64,000 nt of DNA, taken from the NCBI GenBank assembly GCA_965223295.1, contig CBDCWC010000003.1, positions 704,001-768,000 on the forward strand, in the 5' to 3' direction. The notes beneath the pieces are model-generated. The model saw only the letters and a program-made list of their open reading frames with translations, made no database searches and was not told the DNA's origin. Both the position numbers and the translations under genes were made by a program. This DNA is from Nitrospirales bacterium (GTDB lineage Bacteria; Nitrospirota; Nitrospiria; Nitrospirales; UBA8639). Shown one piece after another: positions 29,956 to 40,663 of this stretch. How positions within the stretch are numbered: position 1 is the first letter of the stretch; the number at the start of each line of letters is the position of its first letter.

Positions 29956-32900
29956 TTACACTTCTCTCATCCCTGCGGATACAGTAGGTTTCGACTGCAT
30001 GAGATTCACGCCTGCCTTCTTCACATCCATGAAGAAACTAAACAACGCTGGCACCAAAATGAGAGTAAATATTGTCGAGGTCACCAAACCACCTAACACA
30101 ATACTACCAATGCCACGATAGAGCTCAGACCCAGCTCCTGATGCGATGACTAATGGGAAAAGACCAAAAGTGGTGGTTAGCATGCTCATCATGATAGGAC
30201 GAAAACGCGTCCGAACTGATTCGGCGATAGCTTCTATGGGATCATCGGTAGACCAGGTCTTCGACGATACCATGGCATCATGTCCTTCCCGACGTCTGGG
30301 GTCAAGAAAATTTAAGGCTTGATGGACAACCAAGATCGCATTATTGACAACGACTCCTAGGAGAATAATAAACCCCAACATCGTCAACACATCCATGGGC
30401 TGATGCGCCACAAACTGATTCACTAACGCCAAACCCAGTAAGCCTCCAGCCGCAGCCAGAGGCACACTGGTGATAATGACCAACGGATACAAAAAACTCT
30501 CAAATAAGGCCGCGATCAGCAGATACGTAATCAGCAGCGCCAACAACAGATTCCATTTTAGGGCATCGTACGTCTTCGTCAAATCATCAGCAGTTCCCGA
30601 CAGCCGAATATTGTAGAGTTCTCCTAAAGAGCCTCCTTCCTTTAATGGCATAATAATCTGATCTTGTAGCAACGCCATCGCCGTTTCGATCGGCATCTTC
30701 GATGGTGGAATAACCTGAATCACAATCGCGCGCTCACGTTCAATATGATTGATCTGCTCTGGACCGGGAACCAGTTCAACATTCGCAATGGCCCCAACGG
30801 TGGTCAATCGCCCTCCTGGGGTATGAATCGGAATTTTTTGGATATCTTGAGTCCGCGTGGCATATCGGTCTTCTCCTCGAACCGTCAAATCAATCTCATC
30901 CCCCTCATATTGAAAATCACTTGCCTTGGCTCCATCGACAAGTGCATTAATCGTAAAACCCAGCTCTTGATTCGTCAGTCGAAGATCCGCAGCCCGATCC
31001 CGTCGTAACTTCACATGCAATTCTGGCGTTCCCAAATCTAGACTGGGCTTAGGCCGAACTTGGGCATCAGGCATGACGCCCTTGACTTGCTGAAAAATTT
31101 TTCCACCTAACCCCACTAATGTATTCAAGTCGGGTCCGGTGATTTCCATATCGATGTTTCGACCTTCGCCAAGGCCTCGTTGAAACAGACTCCGCTGAGT
31201 AATAATACTGATGACTCCTGGCAAATCTGCAGTCGCCTTGCGCATCAGTGGAATCAGTTCTTTCACCCGCCCATCCTCGTTTGTCCGTGCGCCCATAAAC
31301 ACCATCCGTCCAAGTGCCACATAGAAGAAATTTCGAATACTCGGACCATCCAGTTGCGCCTCTTCCTCTGAGCCAGGCTCAGCATCCCAGTAGGGGCTTA
31401 ATACCGATTCGATCGTGTTCCCCATTTTCACAAAGGTGTCCATATTGTAGCCAGGCGGTGGCAACAAGATGCCCATGACTAGATTGCGATTTCCCGTTGG
31501 CAAATATTCGGCTTGCGGCACGAGCATCCACGCCGCGACTCCAGACAATCCTATGAGACCGGCAATCGTGACAAGACGAAGAAACCCGTTTCGACAAATC
31601 ATGGACACAAACGCACTGAGACGCCCGGCAAGCCCTGAATGTCGAAGAGCCCCTCCATTGTGCGAAACAACGGAAGCCTCCTCCCATTCGTCTTGGACAT
31701 CTTGGTTCGTGGGAACATCATGGCTTTTCTGACGTGTCGTCAAAATTCGTGCAGACAAACTCGGAATGACAGTGATCGAAACCAACAGGCTGAGGCCGAC
31801 ACCAGCACTAATCGCAATGGCGATATCCCGAAAGAGTTGTCCCGATTGCTGCTCAATAAAGACAATAGGGATGAAAACGGCGATAGTGGTTAAGGTACTG
31901 GCTAACACCGCCCCCCAGACTTCAGTCGTCCCATCATAGGCTGCTTGAACAAGAGACTTACCTGTTTCACGGTGGCGATAGATGTTTTCCAACACCACAA
32001 TAGAGTTATCAACCAGCATCCCAGCCGCAAAGGTCATCCCCGCTAAACTAATCACATTGAGGTTGCGTTCTAAGAGCCACAGGGCAATAAACGTTCCCAT
32101 GATACTGATGGGGATCGCTAGACCAATCACTAGTGTTGTGCTACCCGTTCGTAAAAACAAATACAGTACGATGATCGCCAACAAACTCCCCACGACTAAG
32201 TTTTGTTGGACCAAAGACAACGAACTATAAATGTAATCCGTCTCATCATAGACTTGATAAATTTTAAACCCACGTGGATTCAATCGGCCTTCATTCAATT
32301 CGCGGACGGCTTCTCGCAACCCATCCATAATATCCAGCACATTAGCCCCTGGCTGCCGAATCGCATTCACCGCAATACAAGGCCTGCCGCTTTGCCGTAC
32401 GATATTCGTCGGATCTTTGTAATCCAACTTGACGGATGCCACATCTCGCACGTACACCGGCGCGCCATTTCGGCGAGCAATAATTACTGCCTCAACATCA
32501 GCAGGACTTTTATACTCACCGACCGTCCGAACGACATAGGAGCGTTTCCCTTCATCAAAATCCCCACCACTAAAATCACGATTTTCTTGATCAAGCGCTC
32601 GTGCCAAATCCAGCCACGTGAGCGACCGAGCCGCCAATTTGGCGGGATCCACTAAGACTTGCATCTCTCGCTCACGTCCGCCATAGACATTAGACGCCGC
32701 GACACCGGGGACACGTTCGAAACGAGCTTTAATCACATCCTCGGCATAGTTATACATGGTATCGATTGGCACAGGATTATTTTCTAACGCTTCAAAAATA
32801 AACCAACCGATGGCCGACCCCGCAGTATCCGCACTACTTAGGACAGGTTCATCTGTTTCATCTGGATATTCTTTCACCTGATTAAGACGATTGGAGACAA

Positions 32901-33219
32901 GAAGCAGCGACGAATCGGGATCGGTGCCAGCAGGAAATCGCAAAATGATTTTGCCATTCCCAAATGAGCTTTCGGAAAACATCCGCTCAAGGCCCTGCAC
33001 ACCCTTCAACTGTTCTTCTTGTTCATCAATGATTTCTCGCTCAATTTCATGAGAACTTGCCCCATGCCATCGAGTATCAACCGTAATTTCTTCTTTGGTC
33101 ACGTCAGGGGTCAGCTGAATCGGTAAGCGCAGTAGCGACACAACACCGAATAACACGACAAAGAGCACCCCAACCGTCGCCGTGACCGGATACCGTATGG
33201 CCGATTGAATCACATTCAT
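29956..33219 (-). CDS. RND efflux permease (AcrB/AcrD/AcrF family)
   Basis: GMLVDNSIVVLENI, ASTLTT, RFRPIMM; 1087 aa. Confidence 0.95.
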   Translation of the reverse strand: MNVIQSAIRYPVTATVGVLFVVLFGVVSLLRLPIQLTPDVTKEEITVDTRWHGASSHEIEREIIDEQEEQLKGVQGLERMFSESSFGNGKIILRFPAGTDPDSSLLLVSNRLNQVKEYPDETDEPVLSSADTAGSAIGWFIFEALENNPVPIDTMYNYAEDVIKARFERVPGVAASNVYGGREREMQVLVDPAKLAARSLTWLDLARALDQENRDFSGGDFDEGKRSYVVRTVGEYKSPADVEAVIIARRNGAPVYVRDVASVKLDYKDPTNIVRQSGRPCIAVNAIRQPGANVLDIMDGLREAVRELNEGRLNPRGFKIYQVYDETDYIYSSLSLVQQNLVVGSLLAIIVLYLFLRTGSTTLVIGLAIPISIMGTFIALWLLERNLNVISLAGMTFAAGMLVDNSIVVLENIYRHRETGKSLVQAAYDGTTEVWGAVLASTLTTIAVFIPIVFIEQQSGQLFRDIAIAISAGVGLSLLVSITVIPSLSARILTTRQKSHDVPTNQDVQDEWEEASVVSHNGGALRHSGLAGRLSAFVSMICRNGFLRLVTIAGLIGLSGVAAWMLVPQAEYLPTGNRNLVMGILLPPPGYNMDTFVKMGNTIESVLSPYWDAEPGSEEEAQLDGPSIRNFFYVALGRMVFMGARTNEDGRVKELIPLMRKATADLPGVISIITQRSLFQRGLGEGRNIDMEITGPDLNTLVGLGGKIFQQVKGVMPDAQVRPKPSLDLGTPELHVKLRRDRAADLRLTNQELGFTINALVDGAKASDFQYEGDEIDLTVRGEDRYATRTQDIQKIPIHTPGGRLTTVGAIANVELVPGPEQINHIERERAIVIQVIPPSKMPIETAMALLQDQIIMPLKEGGSLGELYNIRLSGTADDLTKTYDALKWNLLLALLITYLLIAALFESFLYPLVIITSVPLAAAGGLLGLALVNQFVAHQPMDVLTMLGFIILLGVVVNNAILVVHQALNFLDPRRREGHDAMVSSKTWSTDDPIEAIAESVRTRFRPIMMSMLTTTFGLFPLVIASGAGSELYRGIGSIVLGGLVTSTIFTLILVPALFSFFMDVKKAGVNLMQSKPTVSAGMREV

Positions 33220-34319
33220 GTCTGGGGTTCCTCTTCCAGCACACGAACCGGTTGCCCCGGAAAGAGCCGTTCATTGCCTTCCACCACAACAAGCATTCCG
33301 GGCTCAAGAGAGCCTTCGACTTCCACTTCATTATTGACGTGATTAGTCCCCTCCACAGGAACCTGAGTCACACTGCCTTCGTTCATGAGAAACACAAACT
33401 CCATACCCCCGCGAAGGACCAAAGCATCTTTGGGAACAACGAGTGCCTCATAGGGTGTCCCCACTTCCAGCGTCACCCGGGAGACCAGCCCACTCTTTAT
33501 CGTGAGATCGACATTCGGCAATTCTACTTTGATGGGAAATGTTCGAGAATTTCTATCAGCTTGCGCCACGACCGAAAAGACTTTTCCTTTGGCTTGAAAC
33601 CCTCGGAGACCATCAAACGTCGCCAAGACCGCCGCGCCGACTTTAATGTCGCCGACATAGCGCTCAGGCAAAGGCACTTCAACTTGCACCCGCGACAGAT
33701 CAACCAATTCCACGATAGCTCCGCCAGCTTGAATCCATTGGCCGACCTCAGTAAATTCTTGCGTCACCCACCCTGCAAATGGGGCTACGACGCGAGTTTT
33801 TTCTAATTGATCTCGGACTTGCAACATCTCAGACTCTAATAGCACCAACCGTTGCGCCAGCGCGGCCTCTTGCGTGACAGCATCATCATATTCTTTCTGC
33901 GTCACTAACTGTTTCGTAAAGAGGGCCTTAATGCGTTCTAAATCTTTTTTCGCCTGTTGATAGCGAGTCTCGGCCTCGCGATGCGAGGCCTCTGCCGAAT
34001 TGAGCTGGATGGTTAGCGTATCTGTTCGAAGTTGCGCCAACAATTGGCCTTTTTTCACGGCCATCCCCTCTTCCACGGGAAACTTCTCAACCAGCGCAGC
34101 GATTTCTCCAGCTACCACACTTCGCCGCCAAGGCTCTACCGTCCCCACCAGCTCCACTGTTTGTTGCACCGTTCGAGTGACGACTTCAGCAACACGAACA
34201 GGCATCGGAGGCGGTCCTTGTGGAGGTTGAGCGGCTTGCTGCTCACTGCACCCTTGCAAACCCGTCACACCAAGAAGCATCACCAGAAGACATGAACCTA
34301 TGTCTGTACGAATTGTCAT
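33216..34319 (-). CDS. RND periplasmic adaptor (MFP) lipoprotein
   Basis: LQGC lipobox, VEEG..VKKGQLL, APFAG. Confidence 0.92.
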   Translation of the reverse strand: MTIRTDIGSCLLVMLLGVTGLQGCSEQQAAQPPQGPPPMPVRVAEVVTRTVQQTVELVGTVEPWRRSVVAGEIAALVEKFPVEEGMAVKKGQLLAQLRTDTLTIQLNSAEASHREAETRYQQAKKDLERIKALFTKQLVTQKEYDDAVTQEAALAQRLVLLESEMLQVRDQLEKTRVVAPFAGWVTQEFTEVGQWIQAGGAIVELVDLSRVQVEVPLPERYVGDIKVGAAVLATFDGLRGFQAKGKVFSVVAQADRNSRTFPIKVELPNVDLTIKSGLVSRVTLEVGTPYEALVVPKDALVLRGGMEFVFLMNEGSVTQVPVEGTNHVNNEVEVEGSLEPGMLVVVEGNERLFPGQPVRVLEEEPQT

Positions 34320-34331
34320 CTTATTAGAAAA

Positions 34332-34976
34332 TTATTTTTTCAGAGCGGTTACCTCAATACCACCGAGAAACAACGCACTTAGCCACTCACCTTTATCAAC
34401 CAGTGATTCTTTAGGACCCGCTTCTAAGATCCAAACATAAATTGTCGAGTTCAACATCCCATGCAACGCTAAGGAGGTATCCTTGGCGTTCACCTTTCGA
34501 AATTCTCCAGCTTTGATCCCTGCTTTGATCAAATTGGCCACAAGCTCTATCTGAGCTAAATATTTTTTCCATACCCGATCGCCAAAGGCACTTTTCACGG
34601 TCCATTCAAACCCGCTCCATTCAGATACATAGATTCGGAAGAAGTCACGGTTTTGATCAGCGAATGCAAGTTTCACTCGTATGACTTCCCGCAACTTCTC
34701 TGATGTGGTTGTGCCATTTTTGGTAGCTTCCTTCAGAAGGTTCAACAGTTCTTCAACCTTCACCTCAACCAAAGAAATATAAATTTCTTCTTTACTCTTA
34801 AAGAATCGATACACGGTGCCCATGGCAAACTGGGATGATTCTGCAATTTCCGCCATACTGGTCTTAAAAAATCCATGTTGCGAAAACATGCGCTCAGCGG
34901 CTAAAAGAATCTCTTCTCGCCGAGCCTCGTATTCTCGCTGTTTTCGTTGGGACCGTTGATCCACGCGTGGCCTCAC
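34332..34976 (-). CDS. TetR/AcrR family regulator
   Basis: ILLAA..F...GF..TSM.EIA...GTVY.FFKSKEE. Confidence 0.92.
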   Translation of the reverse strand: MRPRVDQRSQRKQREYEARREEILLAAERMFSQHGFFKTSMAEIAESSQFAMGTVYRFFKSKEEIYISLVEVKVEELLNLLKEATKNGTTTSEKLREVIRVKLAFADQNRDFFRIYVSEWSGFEWTVKSAFGDRVWKKYLAQIELVANLIKAGIKAGEFRKVNAKDTSLALHGMLNSTIYVWILEAGPKESLVDKGEWLSALFLGGIEVTALKK

Positions 34977-35112
34977 ATTTGTTCGCCTATCCGCCCCATC
35001 TCCTGAATAATCATTCTAATAGGTGAACGGCTATTCGACAAGATGGAATATCTATTCATTATTTCATCATGAACCTCATCGGTCAGAATTGGCAAGTACC
35101 TGAGAAAAGAAA

Positions 35113-35240
35113 ACCGAAACCGGTCTGCCTCATTTGCCAAAGCTGAGTTCGGTGCCTTTCTGGAATGCGGGACACTCGTACATGGATTTTTGGGCCTGAG
35201 CTGTGGGGAGTGTGGCTGTGAGAAGCAGGTTCGTGCCTTC
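35113..35240 (+). pseudogene. IS91-family transposase zinc-binding domain relic
   Basis: TETGLPH (frameshift) FAKAEFGAFLECGTLVHGFLGLSCGECGCEKQVRAF resembles the IS91-type EF..FLECG.L.HGF.RL.C..CG.EKLVAFSC motif; truncated. Confidence 0.7.
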
Positions 35241-35488
35241 AAACAGATATTTGACCACGATATCCCGCAATATGGGGTCCCTCGACCACCCACGCCAACC
35301 AGGGTAGTTGTTCAATTGACCGAAACTAGACGCCCAGAAGGTACCCCCAACGAACGTGTTCAAGTCTCATGGCACATGCCCGTAAACTCTTAATTTTCCG
35401 GCAATTATCACTTAACATAGATGTAACATGGATGACTCGTTGAGGTAACAAGAGTGGGCTAGATTCTCCCGTTAGGAGAGTTGGTTGA

Positions 35489-36367
35489 ATGATTTTCCAA
35501 TTTCTAAGATTTCTTGGGGCCATAGAACTTGGACTACTCCTCGTCTTGATAGGAAATTTCTTAGGGTGTACGAATGAAGGTATCAATTCCACCCTCTCAT
35601 TGACTCCTTCAACTCCTTTGACCCAGGGAAAGCGGCTTTTCTATGAGGGAAAGATTAAGGAAGCTGAAGTCATTTTTTCTAAGGCGCTGAACGACAACCC
35701 ACATCAACCTGAGATTTTGAATGCCAGAGGATTTCTTTACGCTGAACAAAAGATCTGGGGAAAAGCCATCGAGGATTTTGAACAAACCGTACAACTGGAC
35801 CCTGAAAATTCTCGATATTCTGAAAATTTGGGAATCGCATATTTAGAGTCGGGCTTTCCCGAGAAAGCATTAACGTATTTTTCACGGGTGTTGCAGCAAT
35901 GGCCCAATTCCTCATCCGCCCTAAATCATAGAGGATTAGCCTTCAGTCGATTGGGAAAGTTGCAGTATGCCATTCATGACTTCTCAAAATCTTTGAATGG
36001 CAATGATAAAAATGCTGAGGCTTACCTCAACCGCGCCATTGCTTATATGAAGACAGGGAAAAATGCAGAAGCAAGGTCGGATTTGGATCGTGCCATTACG
36101 CTCAATCACTCCCTTTTTCAAGCTCATGAAAGCCGAGGGCTTCTTGCCCTTATAACTGGAGACATTCAGTCAGCAATTCAAGATTTTACTATGGCAATTC
36201 GTCTCGGGTCGGACGGTGGGCTAGTTCATTACAACCATGGCGTAGCTCTTTCCTTGGTGGGAAACACTAAAGAAGCAGAGAAAAATTTTGATATGGCTTG
36301 TGAAAGACACATTTTTGAGGCTTGTCGTCCAATTATCGAACCCAAGCCAGTGTTACAAACTTTGTGA
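35489..36367 (+). CDS. Tetratricopeptide repeat (lipo)protein
   Basis: FLGC lipobox; repeated NRG.A...A..DF..A TPR motifs. Confidence 0.88.
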   Translation: MIFQFLRFLGAIELGLLLVLIGNFLGCTNEGINSTLSLTPSTPLTQGKRLFYEGKIKEAEVIFSKALNDNPHQPEILNARGFLYAEQKIWGKAIEDFEQTVQLDPENSRYSENLGIAYLESGFPEKALTYFSRVLQQWPNSSSALNHRGLAFSRLGKLQYAIHDFSKSLNGNDKNAEAYLNRAIAYMKTGKNAEARSDLDRAITLNHSLFQAHESRGLLALITGDIQSAIQDFTMAIRLGSDGGLVHYNHGVALSLVGNTKEAEKNFDMACERHIFEACRPIIEPKPVLQTL

Positions 36368-36388
36368 AAAAATTAGATACTTAAGAAA

Positions 36389-36425
36389 ATCCCTGCTGGA
36401 TGTTCTATTAATATCCAGCAGGGAT
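36389..36425. terminator. Terminator hairpin between convergent genes
   Basis: ATCCCTGCTGGAT...ATCCAGCAGGGAT; T-tract on the minus strand. Confidence 0.7.
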
Positions 36426-36450
36426 CTTGAACTCCTCAAACACGCCCGAC

Positions 36451-36975
36451 TCAAGTCTCAGAGCAATACGTTTCCTCCGTCACGGGGTATCCGATGAATT
36501 CAACGTCGGGTTCAGTTTCGATTGCGTCGTCCCCAGTTTTCCAAACGTGAAGACATTTAGCTGTGATAGAGGGAGTTATATGAGCATCCCGAGATTGGGG
36601 GCTTTCAACTTTTCCAACGACAAGAAATTTGTTTCCATATTGACGCCCCTCACGATCAAGTTTCCCAGGGTAAAAAATAGTAAATTTACCATCGTCACCT
36701 TTTCCTAGATCATGTGGTCCTTGATATTCAACATCGGGATACGGCAACCATTGGGCACTGACGATCGTTCCGTTCGCTCTGGACTCCACACCCACAATCC
36801 GCCCTGCAAGTTTAACAGCACGCCCTTCATACACATCAGGTTGTGCTGTCAACACCCCAAATTCTGACTCAGATTTCAGTATCTGACTTCCATTACCGTC
36901 AAAGATAGGAGCTGACGCACATCCTGAAAAAACTACCAACAGCAAACTGGTGGATAGAATCATGATATTTCGCAT
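36451..36975 (-). CDS. Slp family outer membrane lipoprotein
   Basis: FSGC lipobox; PD.YEGR.VKLAGRI, LHVWK; GGAGG SD. Confidence 0.8.
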   Translation of the reverse strand: MRNIMILSTSLLLVVFSGCASAPIFDGNGSQILKSESEFGVLTAQPDVYEGRAVKLAGRIVGVESRANGTIVSAQWLPYPDVEYQGPHDLGKGDDGKFTIFYPGKLDREGRQYGNKFLVVGKVESPQSRDAHITPSITAKCLHVWKTGDDAIETEPDVEFIGYPVTEETYCSET

Positions 36976-37196
36976 AATCTACCTCCTAATATTGGTCGAG
37001 TTGAATATTACTTACCTCAGATTATTCTACGTAATGAATCCGTAATATTCAATTAACATGAACGTAACATTGAAAAATTTCATAATTGTGACAAATTTTC
37101 CTTGACAACACTACTCATGAAATGTTCGACCAAGATGGCATACAATAGAATGGACCAGCATACACAGGTCACAGTCTCAACCAATGAGGAATAATC

Positions 37197-37907
37197 TTGA
37201 AAGGTATTGAGATGGGCGTGATTACTCTCTCTCATATCATGCTATCAATCGTTCTCGTCGTCAGCTGTATGTCGGCAGAACCGGTTGAGGCCACAACAGA
37301 TCATGATATGCAGCTCTGGTTCCCTCTCTACAATCGATTGCATCTACCAGGGAATTTCCGGGGATGGCTCGAAGTCAACCCAAGATACGGCAACAATGCA
37401 TCGGAGATTGATCAGCTTCTTCTTCGTCCAGCAATTGGATACCAAATCACTCCTTCCCTTTCCCTCTGGCAAGGTTACGCTTGGGTGACCAACTATGAGC
37501 CTCGATTTCGGGATGAACATCGGTTGTACCAACAATTGAGCTACCGACGTCGTTTCAGCGGATTCAAGGTTTCTAGCCGAACCCGCTTCGAGGAACGCTT
37601 TATTCGGAATGCGATCGGGACAGCACTACGTGCTCGCGAAATGGTACGAGGGGACATACCGTTTGGGCAGGACGAACGCTGGGCCTTGGTCATCTATGAT
37701 GAAATATTCATGAATCTCAATACAATCCGGAACGGTCCGAGATCGGGGCTCGATCAAAACCGATTCTTTGTCGGTATTAATCACAAGCTCACCGAGATTA
37801 TGGCCGTGGATTTTGGCTATCAAAACCAGACGATTAATAGAAGGGGACCAAACACCATGAATCACATTATCTTGATTCAATGGTTTCTTGATTGGGGGAA
37901 GACGTAA
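37197..37907 (+). CDS. DUF2490 family outer membrane beta-barrel protein
   Basis: LLLRPAIGY, EHRLYQQ, RTRFEERF, YDEIF, DQNRF. Confidence 0.85.
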   Translation: MKGIEMGVITLSHIMLSIVLVVSCMSAEPVEATTDHDMQLWFPLYNRLHLPGNFRGWLEVNPRYGNNASEIDQLLLRPAIGYQITPSLSLWQGYAWVTNYEPRFRDEHRLYQQLSYRRRFSGFKVSSRTRFEERFIRNAIGTALRAREMVRGDIPFGQDERWALVIYDEIFMNLNTIRNGPRSGLDQNRFFVGINHKLTEIMAVDFGYQNQTINRRGPNTMNHIILIQWFLDWGKT

Positions 37908-37982
37908 CATGCGACCAACCCAGACCCCATGAGAAGCAATCCACCAACCCAGACGAGGAATGTGTGCAGAAAATAGATCCGT

Positions 37983-38591
37983 TCAACCGACCATTGCCTC
38001 TTCACTTTGTGGGCCACCTGAAACGCCCCCAGACACAATGAACGCCATCACTTCGGCGCTTTCGGCCTCTAGAGGACGCACCTGGGCTTTGGGAAACAGG
38101 AGGAGATGCCCTGCAAAATTATAGGACTGCGGAAAATAGACTGCGACATGATTGAGGAGTCCCAAAAACTCTAGATCGGTTCGTGTCACAAATCCCACTG
38201 CCTCCCCGTGGCTGCCAGGAGAAAGGGACACTAATACAGGCTGGTCAAATCGACGTTTTTCACCCATGAACGCGGCAATCAAATCCTTAATTGAGGTATA
38301 CAATAACTTCACAAATGGTGCATTCACCAATACCCGCTCCATGACATCCAGCACTTTCTGAACAAAAACCGTTGAAGCATACCGACCGGTTAATGTAATG
38401 AGACCTAGAGTTACCAAAAAACCCACCCCAGGAATAGGAATATTTAACCACCCATCAATCGTTTGCAATACCAGCCAGGCCACATACAACGTGGTGACGA
38501 CGGGCACAAGAATTAATAGGCCTTCCAAGAAATTTCGGGCTAATTCATTCATATTCATGATTTCCCAAAATTTTGGCCGTCGAAATTCCAT
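37983..38591 (-). CDS. DUF502 family membrane protein
   Basis: FLEGLLILVP..T, PFVKLLYTSIKD, F..PVLV, FIVSGG; start uncertain. Confidence 0.85.
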   Translation of the reverse strand: MEFRRPKFWEIMNMNELARNFLEGLLILVPVVTTLYVAWLVLQTIDGWLNIPIPGVGFLVTLGLITLTGRYASTVFVQKVLDVMERVLVNAPFVKLLYTSIKDLIAAFMGEKRRFDQPVLVSLSPGSHGEAVGFVTRTDLEFLGLLNHVAVYFPQSYNFAGHLLLFPKAQVRPLEAESAEVMAFIVSGGVSGGPQSEEAMVG

Positions 38592-38637
38592 CTCGCTCTA
38601 CCCCCTAGCAAAAAGTTGATACGTCATTCGCCTGTAA

Positions 38638-38827
38638 GAGAATGTTGAAAAAAGCCGCCAGCGGCGTTCTCGCCATTTTGTGGTGCTCACGTAGTGCCAG
38701 AGGCTCCGTGCATCAAGATGGTTGCGGACTTTCTGGACGGACCCTTCTGAACATTCCCTTCTGTTTCATGAGTTTGATCTCAATACGAAGACTTATGGGC
38801 TATCAGAGTGAAAGATTCAACAGCCCC
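38638..38827 (+). mobile_element. Family A element copy 6 (extension type II)
   Basis: TGTAA direct repeats at 38633-38637 and 38828-38832; extension nearly identical to copy 3. Confidence 0.9.
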
Positions 38828-38960
38828 TGTAAGAATGTACCCCACTCCTGGAAGCCACACAACCTCGCAGACCCATGTCAATACACAATAGAGGAGCTTA
38901 CAGCGAGGGAAGCAATACAGTATAATTCACGAATCTGATGTTTTGAACAAGGAGAGCACT

Positions 38961-39227
38961 ATGGCACAGAGTAGTTCAGGAGCCGGAACTTCATCATCAC
39001 AAATCCCAAATGCATCACCCGAAACGGAAATCTTGCATGTGGTAATTCAGCGCGATGGCAAACAAGTCAGCGCAAAATGGGGACTGCACCCCAATCTGAA
39101 AGAGGAACTGAAGCCTGAGGAATGGAAAGAACTCACGGAAATCATGGGGAAAGTGACAACATTAGTTGGGGGTCGTTTTTCCAAGATTCTGAACAAAGCC
39201 GAAGAAGAAGTGTCGGGCACCGCTTAA
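38961..39227 (+). CDS. Small hypothetical protein
   Basis: AAGGAG SD before ATG 38961; 88 aa. Confidence 0.7.
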   Translation: MAQSSSGAGTSSSQIPNASPETEILHVVIQRDGKQVSAKWGLHPNLKEELKPEEWKELTEIMGKVTTLVGGRFSKILNKAEEEVSGTA

Positions 39228-39324
39228 GTTATATGAGGACCGTTGTCGTTTCACTCCCCGTCTTTCACCTTCCCTCTTCAGAATGAAGGCCTCAGCGGCT
39301 CCTCGATGCTCTGCAGTAAGGAGT

Positions 39325-40623
39325 CTATCGACCAAAATTTTGGATTGTATTGAAATCGGGGACCTGTTGAGCAGCAAAATCATTAGGAACATCACCCATA
39401 CGGATAAGAGAAATGGCCACCGGAACCATATTAGAAAAATCTTGATAGGCACCCACAAGCTGTTGTCCATCTTTCGATAACGTCGCGGTCGATTGCCCCA
39501 TCGTCCCCAAGGCCGTTCGATACATGAATGTCACTTGATTGCCTTCGAGTTGGCCTTCCCCTTCGGCAGTCACCATCGTTCCCATTGCGCTCGTGGTCAC
39601 TTCGGTCATTGTGACATGGTTACCTTGTTGCTGTAAGACGTAAGAAATCGTCGGTTCGTCTGGATTCTTCCAAACTCCAGTCACTACAAGGTTTCGGCCT
39701 TTTTCTAACATAGCCTTCAAGGTTTGCCGCTCACCAGGACGAAGATCAACAGTACTAGTCCAAGAACGAAAGCCGTCCTTTCTGACCATGACATCATATT
39801 CATCAGGATCCAGACCAGACACCACTACAGGCCCTTGAGAAGTCTGCCCAACCAATTTATCATCAACATAAACGTGAGCGTTCGTCGGAGTTGACTCAAT
39901 AACTAACGAGGCCAACTCCGTTGGCCGGACTACGGACGATGAGGGATTAACCGTTTGAAGAGGAAAGCCTGACCAGTTTTCTACTGTAAATTTGGCAATC
40001 TGAGCTGGTTTGGCATTGCCAAATTGCCCTGTTACTTCCATCACCACTCCAATGACCCGTCCTTGATACAACACAGGGCCTCCTGAATTGCCCTCCGCCA
40101 CCGCCCCCGAAAATTTCAGAATGGGTCCATCAAAGCCTGAGACCGTTCCTTTCGTCACCGCCCACTCATTCCCTCCTACTCTAGGGAATCCTATTAAATG
40201 AATTTCTTCTCCTCCACTAACCCGAGTCGTCGCATCCCACGGTAAAATGTGCACATCATCAGGAAGATCACCTTTGACTTTTAGCAACGCTAACCCACGC
40301 ATGTCTCCCCCTTCTTTCTTCACAACCTTCGCGAACAACGGTTCTTCTTGATGACTGAAAAATGTCGCCTGTATAGAGCGTGGAGCTTCCACCTCCCCTT
40401 CCACAACATGAGACGCCGTCACAATATACAAATGCTTCTTGCTCCTGCCAGCAATAAACCCGGTCCCAATTTTTCTGGCATTCGAAAACTCAGTCGCAAT
40501 CTTGACGACGCCTTTTTTGAGCGTCCTAATATCCAACTGCGCCACTGCGGCAGTCAGTCCTGTTCCTAACATAAACCAACACAGCACAATCATATGGGCA
40601 ATAATTTTCATAAAACCACTCAT
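39325..40623 (-). CDS. Exported trypsin-like serine protease with PEGA domain and C-terminal beta-rich domain
   Basis: Signal peptide; GTGF, VTASHVV, GNSGGPV; IESTP.NAHVYVD...G.T...Y.V.VRKDGF PEGA motif. Confidence 0.85.
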   Translation of the reverse strand: MSGFMKIIAHMIVLCWFMLGTGLTAAVAQLDIRTLKKGVVKIATEFSNARKIGTGFIAGRSKKHLYIVTASHVVEGEVEAPRSIQATFFSHQEEPLFAKVVKKEGGDMRGLALLKVKGDLPDDVHILPWDATTRVSGGEEIHLIGFPRVGGNEWAVTKGTVSGFDGPILKFSGAVAEGNSGGPVLYQGRVIGVVMEVTGQFGNAKPAQIAKFTVENWSGFPLQTVNPSSSVVRPTELASLVIESTPTNAHVYVDDKLVGQTSQGPVVVSGLDPDEYDVMVRKDGFRSWTSTVDLRPGERQTLKAMLEKGRNLVVTGVWKNPDEPTISYVLQQQGNHVTMTEVTTSAMGTMVTAEGEGQLEGNQVTFMYRTALGTMGQSTATLSKDGQQLVGAYQDFSNMVPVAISLIRMGDVPNDFAAQQVPDFNTIQNFGR

Positions 40624-40663
40624 TTACCAAAAAGAAAAGAAGGACAGGGCATCGCACATGAGG

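Noticed and set aside
37068-37095. TGAAA-AA-TTTCA palindrome upstream of the DUF2490 gene as a Fur-type box
   Set aside because: Short and in AT-rich DNA; not distinguishable from chance without a PWM or orthologue alignment.
38642-38938. Short ORFs such as [11 protein letters not shown]... or ...SSKAAAIFAR... (also at 8302, 11156, 23369, 23382, 47345-47764, 57304-57658)
   Set aside because: All are readings through the repeat element in different frames, with no consistent start, SD or stop.
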